From positions 1 to 26,145 of IMG/VR virus record IMGVR_UViG_3300029183_000042: a stretch of 26,145 bases of DNA. One strand, 5' to 3'. Under the pieces are notes generated by a model. The model was not told the DNA's origin and did no database searches. It saw nothing but the letters and a program-made list of their open reading frames with translations. A program made the position numbers and the translations under genes. Numbering within the stretch: the first letter of the stretch is position 1; the number at the start of each line of letters is the position of its first letter. Shown piece after piece: positions 9,431 through 17,542 of the stretch. The DNA is from a virus (lineage: Duplodnaviria; Caudoviricetes).

Positions 9431-9450
9431 GCCTTAATAAATAAGGTCTG
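9431..9450. promoter_or_regulatory. Palindromic motif GCCTTA-ATAAA-TAAGGT-CTG (copy 2)
   Basis: Matches 2841-2860 and lies just upstream of a TTGAAA-N17-AATATT promoter-like sequence on the minus strand. Confidence 0.5.
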
Positions 9451-9468
9451 TAAAATACACTCTTTACA
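9449..9468. promoter_or_regulatory. Operator-like palindrome TGTAAAA-N6-CTTTACA
   Basis: One mismatch to the arms at 25101 and 26108. Confidence 0.5.
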
Positions 9469-9508
9469 AAGAAAGCCGCCCCCCAATTAAGAGAACCGGC
9501 TTCCTTCT
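9468..9508 (-). terminator. Intrinsic terminator-like hairpin
   Basis: GGAAGCCG...CGGCUUUC stem followed by UUUGU. Confidence 0.5.
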
Positions 9509-9581
9509 GGTAGATACATGTCTATGTACATCACTCTTTACATCGTCTTACTCCCATTGTTTCATGCTCTATGCGATAAGC

Positions 9582-9618
9582 AAAAAGAGCCAACTCGGCA
9601 AGCGAGTCAGCCCTCTTT
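9582..9618 (-). terminator. Intrinsic terminator-like hairpin after the minor head gene
   Basis: GCUGACUCG-CUUGC-CGAGUUGGC followed by UCUUUUU. Confidence 0.6.
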
Positions 9619-9670
9619 GTAACAACTCTTCTAATGACTGCGGTTACATAACCACTGCTGTAAAGTTCCG

Positions 9671-10558
9671 CTATGACAGGACAATACGTAGGCGAGATCG
9701 GCACCTACCGTGAAACGGTGGAAAGACGACGCCGCGAGCCGCGAGCTCACGTATCGGAGCGCCAACGACATCGCGGTCTCTAAGCCATGGCGATATCTGC
9801 TTTGCTTGCTCTGGTGTCGTCGCCTGAAGCATTTCGCCCCTCACGATAACAGCATCAGAGACCCTGAAGCGCTTCTTGTTTAGATAGTTGCATATGTCGG
9901 AGGTGCGGTGATCGATGACAGCGTCGACCTCGTATTCAAGAACGCCGGCTCGCTCAAACGCCGAAAGAGCACCCATTGAACGTCCACGCGTCGCGATTGC
10001 ATCGGCCGTCAGTTCCCAGTAAGAATCGGATCGCTTGAGGTTCTCGCCTATTGTGTTCTTAAAGAATAGACCCGCGTCGCGCCGGCTCATCCCGTCCGAA
10101 ATCACTCTCTTAGTTAACTTGCGAATTCTGTTCGTGACAGACGTGTCGTAGTGGTTAAGCGACCAGAACATCGTATGTTCTTCGAGAAACCGGATCGCTT
10201 CGCGGTCTACAAGAGAGAAGCTTTTTACGATACCGCCGTCGATCTCTGCCCCTCCTATCGAATAGGATATGACGGAAGCGGCTTTCATGATCGGTCTGAT
10301 CGCTCGGCCGAGTCCGGTTTTGAGCATCCTCTCTGCAATCACTTCAATGTCGCGAGCCGTCTTTGTCGTAAATCTTTGGGTCGTAGATTTAAGAACACTT
10401 GATATCTTCGCGGCCGTAATCAGAGAAGCCGTTCTCCAAAACTGCCGAAGTACCTCACCAAGCTCATCGGCGAAAGCGTCGAATCCGTCGTCAGCTTTCT
10501 CGTTGAGCCGACGAATGATATCGTCACGACGTTTATTCGATGTGATCTTTTTCGCCAT
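9671..10558 (-). CDS. Minor head morphogenesis protein (Mu gpF / SPP1 gp7 family)
   Basis: DHRTSDIC and PPFHGRCRS motifs; follows the portal. Confidence 0.9.
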   Translation of the reverse strand: MAKKITSNKRRDDIIRRLNEKADDGFDAFADELGEVLRQFWRTASLITAAKISSVLKSTTQRFTTKTARDIEVIAERMLKTGLGRAIRPIMKAASVISYSIGGAEIDGGIVKSFSLVDREAIRFLEEHTMFWSLNHYDTSVTNRIRKLTKRVISDGMSRRDAGLFFKNTIGENLKRSDSYWELTADAIATRGRSMGALSAFERAGVLEYEVDAVIDHRTSDICNYLNKKRFRVSDAVIVRGEMLQATTPEQAKQISPWLRDRDVVGAPIRELAARGVVFPPFHGRCRSRLRIVLS

Positions 10559-10561
10559 GGA

Positions 10562-12187
10562 CTACGCTTCAGCTGGAACCGGCGGGTTGGCTACCTTTTT
10601 CGGGTTTTGCTCCTTCCCTGCGCCGTCATCTGGTGGTTCATTACCATCGTTATCGAGCTCGGTCTTTAAGAAGTCCTCGACAGCGGCCGCTCGTGACGTG
10701 CCGTCGCGTTTTTCGATGAACACCTGGATTTGCTCTTTCAGCTTTGTTAGCTCCTCTTTCGGGGCTTCAAACCCAAAGTGATTTTCCCAGATGTGAAGAA
10801 CGACCTTCTCGATCATCGTGTCAGTAAATGGAAGAGGTTCACCTCCAAAGGTCATGCGCTCCATTAGCTCGACGATCTTCTCTGGATTAAACGGCAAGAA
10901 CTTCGTTGAGCGCTCAACCTTGAACTTACCCCACCTGGACGAGTCGTTCGGATACTCGATTTGCTCACGAATAAACATTGCCTGATTCTCGGCTTCGTCA
11001 AGACTGGTCACATAGAGAATGAGGAAGACGAGAACGCCACTCATTTTGTCGAATATGATCTCTGTCGCAGTCGATTCCTTAGCAGCGTCGCCAAATGCCT
11101 GGAATGCCATCTCATGAAGCATCTTCCTTTGTTTGTCGATCTCTTCTGACAATAGGCGAGCCGGTCCTTCAGGCGGCGCTAGATAATAAGCTTTTGACCC
11201 TGGAGTCATATTGTGCTCTGTCTCGCCGGCGTTGCGGTCTTCCTGGTGCTCTTGGAATTCCCACGGAGAAGATTCCTCGATATAGTGGATCATCGTCGAC
11301 TCGCTGAGAAATGCATCCAGAGCCGACTCATGGTTGAATATCCTGATGACGATCTTCGCCAAGTAGTGGGTGATGTAGTATTTGAATGGGAATTTCGCCC
11401 GAACGATTGGAAGACGTCTCACTTCACGCTGCGTCGTTGTGTAGAACTCATAAGGCCCACGATCGACCTCTACTTCGACGTCGTCATTTTCGTGATAACG
11501 ATAGCGGACCCACCCGTCGAGCGTATAAAGCGTATAAAAGATCTGTGGCTCCTGGTCGGCTCTTGGATTGCCTGACACTTCTTCAGGAATCATTTCATGA
11601 CGAACCTTGATCCAGATTAGCCGGCCTTTCTTTTCTCCTTTCGAATGAACCATGTCCGGCGTGATGATAACGAATCTGGGTTCGCTGATCTCGACACGCT
11701 CAAGTTTACCGTCCTCTCCGAATACTTCTTTTTTCTCCTCTCCCTCTATAAGAATGTAGCTCTGAAGATATACGAGAAGCTCAGTTGCAAATTGACGCCA
11801 GAAGACCGGATAGTTCGTTCCCTTTCCGTCGCAATCGCGAAATATTTGGCCGGCGACTGTCTTCTCGTTTTTAGGATCGCCGAATTCTCCCCATTCTCGT
11901 TTGTCGTCTTTTGCCGCTGAAAAGACTTGTCCAACTATCTTTGTGACGATTATCGCGAGATCCATTGCAGCGACGGCCTTGTCAATCCGAAGCTTCATTG
12001 TGTCGCGCGTCTCTTTGTCATATCGCTTATTCAGAAACTGCTTAGCCTTTCCTTTATCGGCGTACGTATTGAGATAAACCTCGGCTGTATAAAGCCACTT
12101 ATCAATCATTTGCTTATACTCGTGGTCGGTTTTCACGAGCCAAGACTTTTTAGATTTTTCGGCGATCGTTCCGTTTGTTGAACTCAT
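10562..12187 (-). CDS. Portal protein
   Basis: 541 aa between terL and gpF, with a KESTATE motif and acidic C-terminus. Confidence 0.8.
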   Translation of the reverse strand: MSSTNGTIAEKSKKSWLVKTDHEYKQMIDKWLYTAEVYLNTYADKGKAKQFLNKRYDKETRDTMKLRIDKAVAAMDLAIIVTKIVGQVFSAAKDDKREWGEFGDPKNEKTVAGQIFRDCDGKGTNYPVFWRQFATELLVYLQSYILIEGEEKKEVFGEDGKLERVEISEPRFVIITPDMVHSKGEKKGRLIWIKVRHEMIPEEVSGNPRADQEPQIFYTLYTLDGWVRYRYHENDDVEVEVDRGPYEFYTTTQREVRRLPIVRAKFPFKYYITHYLAKIVIRIFNHESALDAFLSESTMIHYIEESSPWEFQEHQEDRNAGETEHNMTPGSKAYYLAPPEGPARLLSEEIDKQRKMLHEMAFQAFGDAAKESTATEIIFDKMSGVLVFLILYVTSLDEAENQAMFIREQIEYPNDSSRWGKFKVERSTKFLPFNPEKIVELMERMTFGGEPLPFTDTMIEKVVLHIWENHFGFEAPKEELTKLKEQIQVFIEKRDGTSRAAAVEDFLKTELDNDGNEPPDDGAGKEQNPKKVANPPVPAEA

Positions 12188-13539
12188 CTCTTTCTTGATT
12201 TACGTCTCATTAATGGCGCAAGTTTGTCAATATGACAAATGAAGTAACGTATTGCATCGACACCGTGGTCGTTCTCTTTGACGGGAGCTTCTTTCTTGCC
12301 TGGATTCATCCAAATATACGACTCGACCTCGTCTTCCGTGCAAGTCGGAACCGGTTTATCTCTGACGAGAAGCTCCTGATCTATCTCGACGAGTGCTGAT
12401 TTGAACAGAAAAAGACGGGGTTTCCCGTCCTCCTGAACTGCAAGGCGACGCTGAACCGCTTCGATACCTCTCTTTACAGATTTATACGCCGGAATGTTCG
12501 GAATACCGTTTTGTGATAGCGTGAGACGATCTTCGGCGTCAGTGTCGCATATCGTCGTGATTATCTTCTCACCAATCGAAAGCGACTTAATCTGAGCGGC
12601 ATGTTGCGCGACGGTTCGGCCTGTCTTGTAGATCTCGCGATACATGTATGCACGGCGATCGCCGTCGAGTGCCCACCACTGACAAACGAACGGATTCACA
12701 AGACCAAAGTCGATCACTCGGAAACGTGGCCAATCTCCCGGGATGTCGAAAGCCGGTATAACATGGATCGTTTTGTCAAACGTCGGATAGACAGCACCTT
12801 CAGCGGCAACCCATCGTCCGTATCTGAGCCGCTCTTTCGTGACACCTGTTAGCGCATCAAGCCGGCGAAGTGATCGCTTCCCTTGAACGGTCCACTCGTT
12901 ATCGATGTGGTCGAATAAGACGGGGTTGTCCTGGTGCCGACCTTCATGAAACGAGAGTTTCCCCTCTCGCTCTCTCTGCTTTATCCAGTGTGACGGTGGT
13001 CCCGGGTTAGCATCTCCAAGAACGAGCCCTCCAAACGGAAGATTCCCGGCTCGCCCCGTCGCTCGCGTCGTGAGCGTTTCCCAGTCGAGCAAGGCGATTT
13101 CCTCGGCCTGTGGAACGTAGATGACGTCGTATTCGGCTGAGAGTACCTTACCGGGCTTATCGAGTCCCCCGAGCACCAATCGGGATCCATTTGGGTACTG
13201 GTATGCAGACGGAGTCTCGCCGCCGATTTTTCTAACTGGGGTTTTGTCTTGTTGGAATTCTCCTTCATCGTCATACGCTCCGAGAACGTGTCTATCGAGT
13301 GTAACTACTGCCGATTCGTAAAGAGATCGAAGTGATTTTCGACACATGAGCGCTCTTACCTTCGGATATGTCGAGAGAAGCATGTTGACCTTCTCAAGAG
13401 CTACTCGTGTCTTACCTGTTTCAGCCGGCCCGCCTATAACTTGTTCCGGTGACATGTCGAACCAGAACTCACGTGCACCGCCATGGGCAACAAATCGCCT
13501 CTCACTCGTTGAGCTTTTTACGATCCGGATCTCAGGCAT
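12184..13539 (-). CDS. terL: Terminase large subunit
   Basis: Walker A GGPAETGKT, Walker B-like YDVIYVPQAEE, ANPGPPSHWIK, nuclease motifs IDFG and NDHGVDAIRY. Confidence 0.95.
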   Translation of the reverse strand: MPEIRIVKSSTSERRFVAHGGAREFWFDMSPEQVIGGPAETGKTRVALEKVNMLLSTYPKVRALMCRKSLRSLYESAVVTLDRHVLGAYDDEGEFQQDKTPVRKIGGETPSAYQYPNGSRLVLGGLDKPGKVLSAEYDVIYVPQAEEIALLDWETLTTRATGRAGNLPFGGLVLGDANPGPPSHWIKQREREGKLSFHEGRHQDNPVLFDHIDNEWTVQGKRSLRRLDALTGVTKERLRYGRWVAAEGAVYPTFDKTIHVIPAFDIPGDWPRFRVIDFGLVNPFVCQWWALDGDRRAYMYREIYKTGRTVAQHAAQIKSLSIGEKIITTICDTDAEDRLTLSQNGIPNIPAYKSVKRGIEAVQRRLAVQEDGKPRLFLFKSALVEIDQELLVRDKPVPTCTEDEVESYIWMNPGKKEAPVKENDHGVDAIRYFICHIDKLAPLMRRKSRKR

Positions 13540-13670
13540 TACTTAAAGAAGTCGTTGAAATAGAAGAGATAAAATGCCAGTGCTACGACAGCGGCAATCA
13601 TGATGCAGCCACAAGGCTGTTGTTGTCGGCTTACATCGTCGTCGTGTAGTTCTTTCTTGAAGTTCCACAT
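13539..13670 (-). CDS. 43-aa single-pass membrane protein (holin-like candidate)
   Basis: MWNFKKELHDDDVSRQQQPCGCIMIAAVVALAFYLFYFNDFFK; abuts the amidase stop and overlaps the terL start (TAATG). Confidence 0.55.
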   Translation of the reverse strand: MWNFKKELHDDDVSRQQQPCGCIMIAAVVALAFYLFYFNDFFK

Positions 13671-14111
13671 TTACCTAGCATCTTTTAAAAGACCCTCGAT
13701 AACATATTGAATGATGCCAATGTCGAAAGCCTTGCCTGGACACTCTGTAGCACGATGATCACGGTGGCAAGATATGTCCGCAAGTGAGAGATGATACTGG
13801 TTCATTACAGGAATGAAGAATTCACGAGCGGCATGAACAACCATTCCGAGCGGCGGCGGCTCGTTCGTGAAATCGCCAACAAAACAAAACCCTACAGCGA
13901 CAGAGTTCTTGCCGGGGCAGTGTGCGCCGTTCTTGTTCAGCGGACGACCGTAGCGGATTTTGTATTCTGGTCCGACGAGCTCGATGCCTGCATGATAACC
14001 GATATCCGACCATCCTCTTTCTTCGATGTGAAATTTTCGGATCTTCTCCCAATTGTCGGCGCTTGTGTCAATCCCAGCGCTATGGTGTAATATGATCTCT
14101 TTGACTGTCAT
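13671..14111 (-). CDS. N-acetylmuramoyl-L-alanine amidase (Amidase_2/PGRP, T7 lysozyme-like) endolysin
   Basis: IILHHSA, RGWSDIGYH, GAHC and HRD...TECPG motifs. Start placed at MTVKE. Confidence 0.9.
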   Translation of the reverse strand: MTVKEIILHHSAGIDTSADNWEKIRKFHIEERGWSDIGYHAGIELVGPEYKIRYGRPLNKNGAHCPGKNSVAVGFCFVGDFTNEPPPLGMVVHAAREFFIPVMNQYHLSLADISCHRDHRATECPGKAFDIGIIQYVIEGLLKDAR

Positions 14112-14186
14112 TTGGGTTTTGGCGGTGGTGTTTTGAACATTAATAACAAAACGATCACGAGTAGAATTAAACCCCAAACAATTGGT

Positions 14187-14567
14187 TCATCCAGCATTGT
14201 CTTCTCCGGTTATTTCTCGAAATAGAAGACCGCCTCTTTCGCAATGATCGACCGTCTGTCTTGCCCAGCCTGAATCGATCTTTTTCAGCTTTTGAATATA
14301 CCTCTCGGTTGGCTTGTACCACTCGTGAGTTGGTATCAGGTCTTGGTCGACCATGTACATTGATGAAGTCGCGCGAGATCCACACACAGGACAATCAATG
14401 AACATTGGAGTGTTTCCTTCATCACGGTCGATCGTCACAATTTGATGACTCTTCTCGTCGGCCGGCTTGACTACAATGCGGCCGTCTTCGACTCGTGCAA
14501 TGGCATAACTGCAGGTATAAACGTTTATCCGATTGTTTTCAGTCGTTTTTTTCATGATTTCACTCAT
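14187..14567 (-). CDS. Hypothetical protein with a CPVC motif
   Basis: 126-aa ORF in the operon orientation; possible Zn ligands CPVC...H...HC. Confidence 0.6.
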   Translation of the reverse strand: MSEIMKKTTENNRINVYTCSYAIARVEDGRIVVKPADEKSHQIVTIDRDEGNTPMFIDCPVCGSRATSSMYMVDQDLIPTHEWYKPTERYIQKLKKIDSGWARQTVDHCERGGLLFREITGEDNAG

Positions 14568-14784
14568 TTACCGCCGCGTCTGGGGCGGGTGGATTTTCCA
14601 AGATATCGTTTACCCTCTCAAGTAATTCTGCGTGATACTCAATTGCCCTGCCTCCTGAATTATTACGCATTGCCTCATTCATTGCGCTAATAATTTCACG
14701 GACTATTTTTTCACGCGACTGCACAGCAACTGCAAGCATATCCTGCGCTGAAAAGCTTTCGGGAATATATTTATTCACTTCCAT
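14560..14784 (-). CDS. Hypothetical protein
   Basis: 74 aa from MEVNK, tightly packed between its neighbours. Confidence 0.55.
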   Translation of the reverse strand: MEVNKYIPESFSAQDMLAVAVQSREKIVREIISAMNEAMRNNSGGRAIEYHAELLERVNDILENPPAPDAAVNE

Positions 14785-14792
14785 ACCCACCC

Positions 14793-15035
14793 CTAGCTGG
14801 ATTGGCTTGTTTGTTCTGAAAAAGAAGGATGTTCGGCAAAGCAAATACTTATGCCTATATAGCTGACTACATACTCTTCATAGTCGTCAGTCATATTTAA
14901 ACTCACTTGTGTATCACTAGGCATGATACCTGGTGTTTTCTTGATCGGCACATGAATAACCTTGCCAATGAATAAATTATCCATTGCTGGCACCTCCAGG
15001 TTATCCATTGGCCCGCCTTGCAGTCTTATCTTCAT
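14793..15035 (-). CDS. Hypothetical protein
   Basis: 80 aa with an N-terminal L.GGP.D motif common in small phage proteins. Confidence 0.6.
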   Translation of the reverse strand: MKIRLQGGPMDNLEVPAMDNLFIGKVIHVPIKKTPGIMPSDTQVSLNMTDDYEEYVVSYIGISICFAEHPSFSEQTSQSS

Positions 15036-15045
15036 AGCAAATATT

Positions 15046-15074
15046 ACTTTTGATAATCCTAAATTATCGAAACC
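15046..15074. repeat. 11-7-11 palindromic site A
   Basis: acttttgataa-tcctaaa-ttatcgaaacc. Confidence 0.8.
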
Positions 15075-15294
15075 TATCTTGATTACAATCTGCTACAAAC
15101 TCCTCATTAAGCTCAATTGCATACAAATTATACAACTCACCATCACTACAATCCTTGAGTTCGTGAGGTATTCTGTGCGGGTTCATTTCACATATCTCAA
15201 TGATTGCTCTTTCCCTATCCCTCATCGACAAAGGAACTCTTGCCTTGTCTAACGAAGAAAAGATTAGCCGTGTAATAAAGTTTCTTTTTGCCAT
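15064..15294 (-). CDS. Hypothetical cassette protein
   Basis: 76 aa; its stop codon lies inside an arm of site A. Confidence 0.6.
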   Translation of the reverse strand: MAKRNFITRLIFSSLDKARVPLSMRDRERAIIEICEMNPHRIPHELKDCSDGELYNLYAIELNEEFVADCNQDRFR

Positions 15295-15311
15295 GTTGAT
15301 GTCTCAACTTT

Positions 15312-15340
15312 ACTTTCGATAACGCTATTGTGGCGTAAGT
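15312..15340. repeat. 11-7-11 site B (right arm degenerate)
   Basis: actttcgataa-cgctatt-gtggcgtaagt. Confidence 0.75.
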
Positions 15341-15591
15341 TATTCTTCTATCATACTAATTGATGCTAAAAAGAAAGACTCTTCATCTCCGCGCTTCTCG
15401 TATCGGATTAAAGGAATGTCAGCATCAGACCAACCCCACTCAGTCATAATAAATGGTTTTCCATCGCCTATTGGACTAAGCCCATCCATGTCAGTTGATG
15501 TGCCAAACACCTTTGATGTATCGTGCAATCTGGAATAGATTTCTCGATATAGAATCTGATCTATTCTTCTCCATTTTACATGCGATTCCAT
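15340..15591 (-). CDS. Hypothetical cassette protein
   Basis: 83 aa between sites B and C. Confidence 0.65.
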   Translation of the reverse strand: MESHVKWRRIDQILYREIYSRLHDTSKVFGTSTDMDGLSPIGDGKPFIMTEWGWSDADIPLIRYEKRGDEESFFLASISMIEE

Positions 15592-15611
15592 TTCATTAAC
15601 CCCTTAATTTC

Positions 15612-15640
15612 ACTTTCCAAATCGCTATTTTATCGAAAGT
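15612..15640. repeat. 11-7-11 site C (left arm degenerate)
   Basis: actttccaaat-cgctatt-ttatcgaaagt; same spacer as site B. Confidence 0.75.
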
Positions 15641-15644
15641 TATT

Positions 15645-16601
15645 TTATCCTGCTATGCTCACTTCATTGAACATTGGATTATCATTTTTTATCCGCTTCA
15701 ATGACATTTGAGCATAACTAGGATTAAGTTCAATACCTATGTAATTTCTGTTTTTCGCCAGTGCTACAAGCCCAGTAGTTCCTGCCCCATTAAACGGATC
15801 GAGAACCGTATCACCTTCCTTGCTTCCTGCTAATATGCAGGGATCAATTAGCTTCTTTGGAAATACAGCGAAATGAGAACCAGCATATTGAGCAGGATTG
15901 ATAGACCAAACACTTCTTTTATTCTTCGTGTCTCTTGCCACCATATTGTGCAAGTTTTTCTTTGTCCTTCCTAAGTCGGGATCCTCCAACGAATGCTTAT
16001 TGATTGAGGTAAGAGGCCTGTTTCTACCTTTCGTTCTGAACTCAATGTCTGTTACTGGTTCGGCAATACTCTGTGAATCGAAATAATATTTCTTTGACTT
16101 ACTAAACAGAAAGATATACTCATGCGCTTTTGTACACCTGTCTGTAACGCTCTCAGGCATTGGGTTAGGCTTGTGCCAAATGATGTCCTGCCTCAAATAC
16201 CAACCATCAGCCTGCAGCGCAAAAGCTACACGCCACGGTATGCCAACTAAATCTTTAGGTTTTAAGCCAATCACACCACCGACAGAGAATCTCGCTTCTC
16301 TGTTTTTTAGTCCGTCATTATAACCGTTCTGTTTAGTTCTATTTGTGGCTTTGCCGTTGTAGCTATCCCCAAGATTAAGCCACAACGTTCCATCTTTCCT
16401 TAATACCCGCCGAACCTCCCTGAAAACATTTACCAGGTTTTCGACAAACTCTTCTGGCGTTTCCTCAAATCCTAACTGCCCGTCAACACCATAGTCACGC
16501 AGGCCCCAATAAGGCGGAGAAGTTACACACGTTTGCACAGACTCATCCTCGAGAGTCTTTAGTACTTCCAAACAATCTCCTATGTGAATCACAGCACTCA
16601 T
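15645..16601 (-). CDS. Orphan DNA amino-methyltransferase (N4C/N6A, beta class)
   Basis: Catalytic TSPPY motif precedes the SAM-binding VLDPFNGAGTT; IIWHKPNPMPES and HFAVFP motifs are also present. Confidence 0.92.
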   Translation of the reverse strand: MSAVIHIGDCLEVLKTLEDESVQTCVTSPPYWGLRDYGVDGQLGFEETPEEFVENLVNVFREVRRVLRKDGTLWLNLGDSYNGKATNRTKQNGYNDGLKNREARFSVGGVIGLKPKDLVGIPWRVAFALQADGWYLRQDIIWHKPNPMPESVTDRCTKAHEYIFLFSKSKKYYFDSQSIAEPVTDIEFRTKGRNRPLTSINKHSLEDPDLGRTKKNLHNMVARDTKNKRSVWSINPAQYAGSHFAVFPKKLIDPCILAGSKEGDTVLDPFNGAGTTGLVALAKNRNYIGIELNPSYAQMSLKRIKNDNPMFNEVSIAG

Positions 16602-16612
16602 TTTTACATTTT

Positions 16613-16641
16613 ACTTTCGATAAGACAGACTTATCAAAACC
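16613..16641. repeat. 11-7-11 palindromic site D
   Basis: actttcgataa-gacagac-ttatcaaaacc. Confidence 0.8.
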
Positions 16642-16653
16642 TAATTATCTTGC

Positions 16654-16992
16654 TTAATCTGCATGCCAAGACCGCTTTTCCGGTCTCGGTTTTAATAGAA
16701 ACTCATCGGGAATACTGTCAGAGAAAAAATCATTTAAGTAACGAATTAGTTTGTTTTTCTCCTCCAGATGCTCACTTATGCGACTATGTATTTCCTCAGG
16801 AACGTCATAGAATGCCCAATTATCGACTGGTGTCAATGACTTAAGAATGTGGTTTCTATTCCTTTTTGAGTAAAGTGGATCGCGTTCATCGATATAACCG
16901 GCTTTTCTGACGAGACTCCATACCTCAGATTCTATCGCTTTTACAGCTTTGATCAAAGTGGAAAGATCCATCCTAATAGCCTCATGTTTCAT
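16654..16992 (-). CDS. Hypothetical protein
   Basis: 112 aa from MKHEAIR, overlapping the end of terS. Confidence 0.55.
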   Translation of the reverse strand: MKHEAIRMDLSTLIKAVKAIESEVWSLVRKAGYIDERDPLYSKRNRNHILKSLTPVDNWAFYDVPEEIHSRISEHLEEKNKLIRYLNDFFSDSIPDEFLLKPRPEKRSWHAD

Positions 16993-17542
16993 TGTTGTTT
17001 TCTGTGTCGTCGTCTGGTTTATAGTTGAGCCACTCGGCGGCGAGCATTTCAGCATCCATAATCTTCACGATCACGGGTTCATTCGAATCCCCGGCGTGCT
17101 TGATGATTTCACGTCGTCCGAAGTCGTCATTACGGCGACGTTCTAAAAACCACGCGCCGGCGTGCCAATCTGGCTTATGATATTCACGAGTCGTTGTCTT
17201 CGATCCGTCCGGATGTTCGATGATCGTCTCTTTCTTGAGATGCTCACCCATCCAAGCCTTCTTGATAGACTTGTTTGCCGACACGACGGCGGAAGAGTCG
17301 CTTCTTTTTACACGGTTGAAGAAGTCCAGGTAGATGGCTTCCTCTGGGTCACGATGTTCTTCGTCGAGAGCGGCCTGTTGCTCACCTCGGTTTCGCCAGC
17401 TAAAGAATGACTGTTTCGATATACCAGCGTCGCGAGCCGCGTCCTCGAATATCGCACCGGACTTGATGTTCTCGACAATGCGGTCGACGAGATCCTGATC
17501 TTCAATTTTAGATCGTCTTCCCATTTTCTTATTCTTGCTCAT
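16982..17542 (-). CDS. terS: Probable terminase small subunit
   Basis: GRRSKI start, HTH (AARDAGISKQSFFSW), and DWHAGAWFLERR...FGR motif typical of TerS-like proteins. Confidence 0.7.
   Translation of the reverse strand: MSKNKKMGRRSKIEDQDLVDRIVENIKSGAIFEDAARDAGISKQSFFSWRNRGEQQAALDEEHRDPEEAIYLDFFNRVKRSDSSAVVSANKSIKKAWMGEHLKKETIIEHPDGSKTTTREYHKPDWHAGAWFLERRRNDDFGRREIIKHAGDSNEPVIVKIMDAEMLAAEWLNYKPDDDTENNNET

Noticed and set aside
9471-9484. gaaagccgcccccc as another copy of the AGAAACCGCCCC repeat
   Set aside because: It is on the opposite strand, mismatched, and explained as one arm of a terminator-like hairpin.
9244-9670. tRNA or known riboswitch in the long intergenic region
   Set aside because: No cloverleaf, T-loop consensus or recognisable aptamer was seen.
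15645-16601. Complete restriction-modification system
   Set aside because: No neighbouring ORF has the size or motifs of an endonuclease; orphan methyltransferases are common in phages.
15046-16641. Canonical integron attC sites
   Set aside because: The sites are 29 bp, lack the paired RYYYAAC/GTTRRRY boxes, and no intI is in the window.
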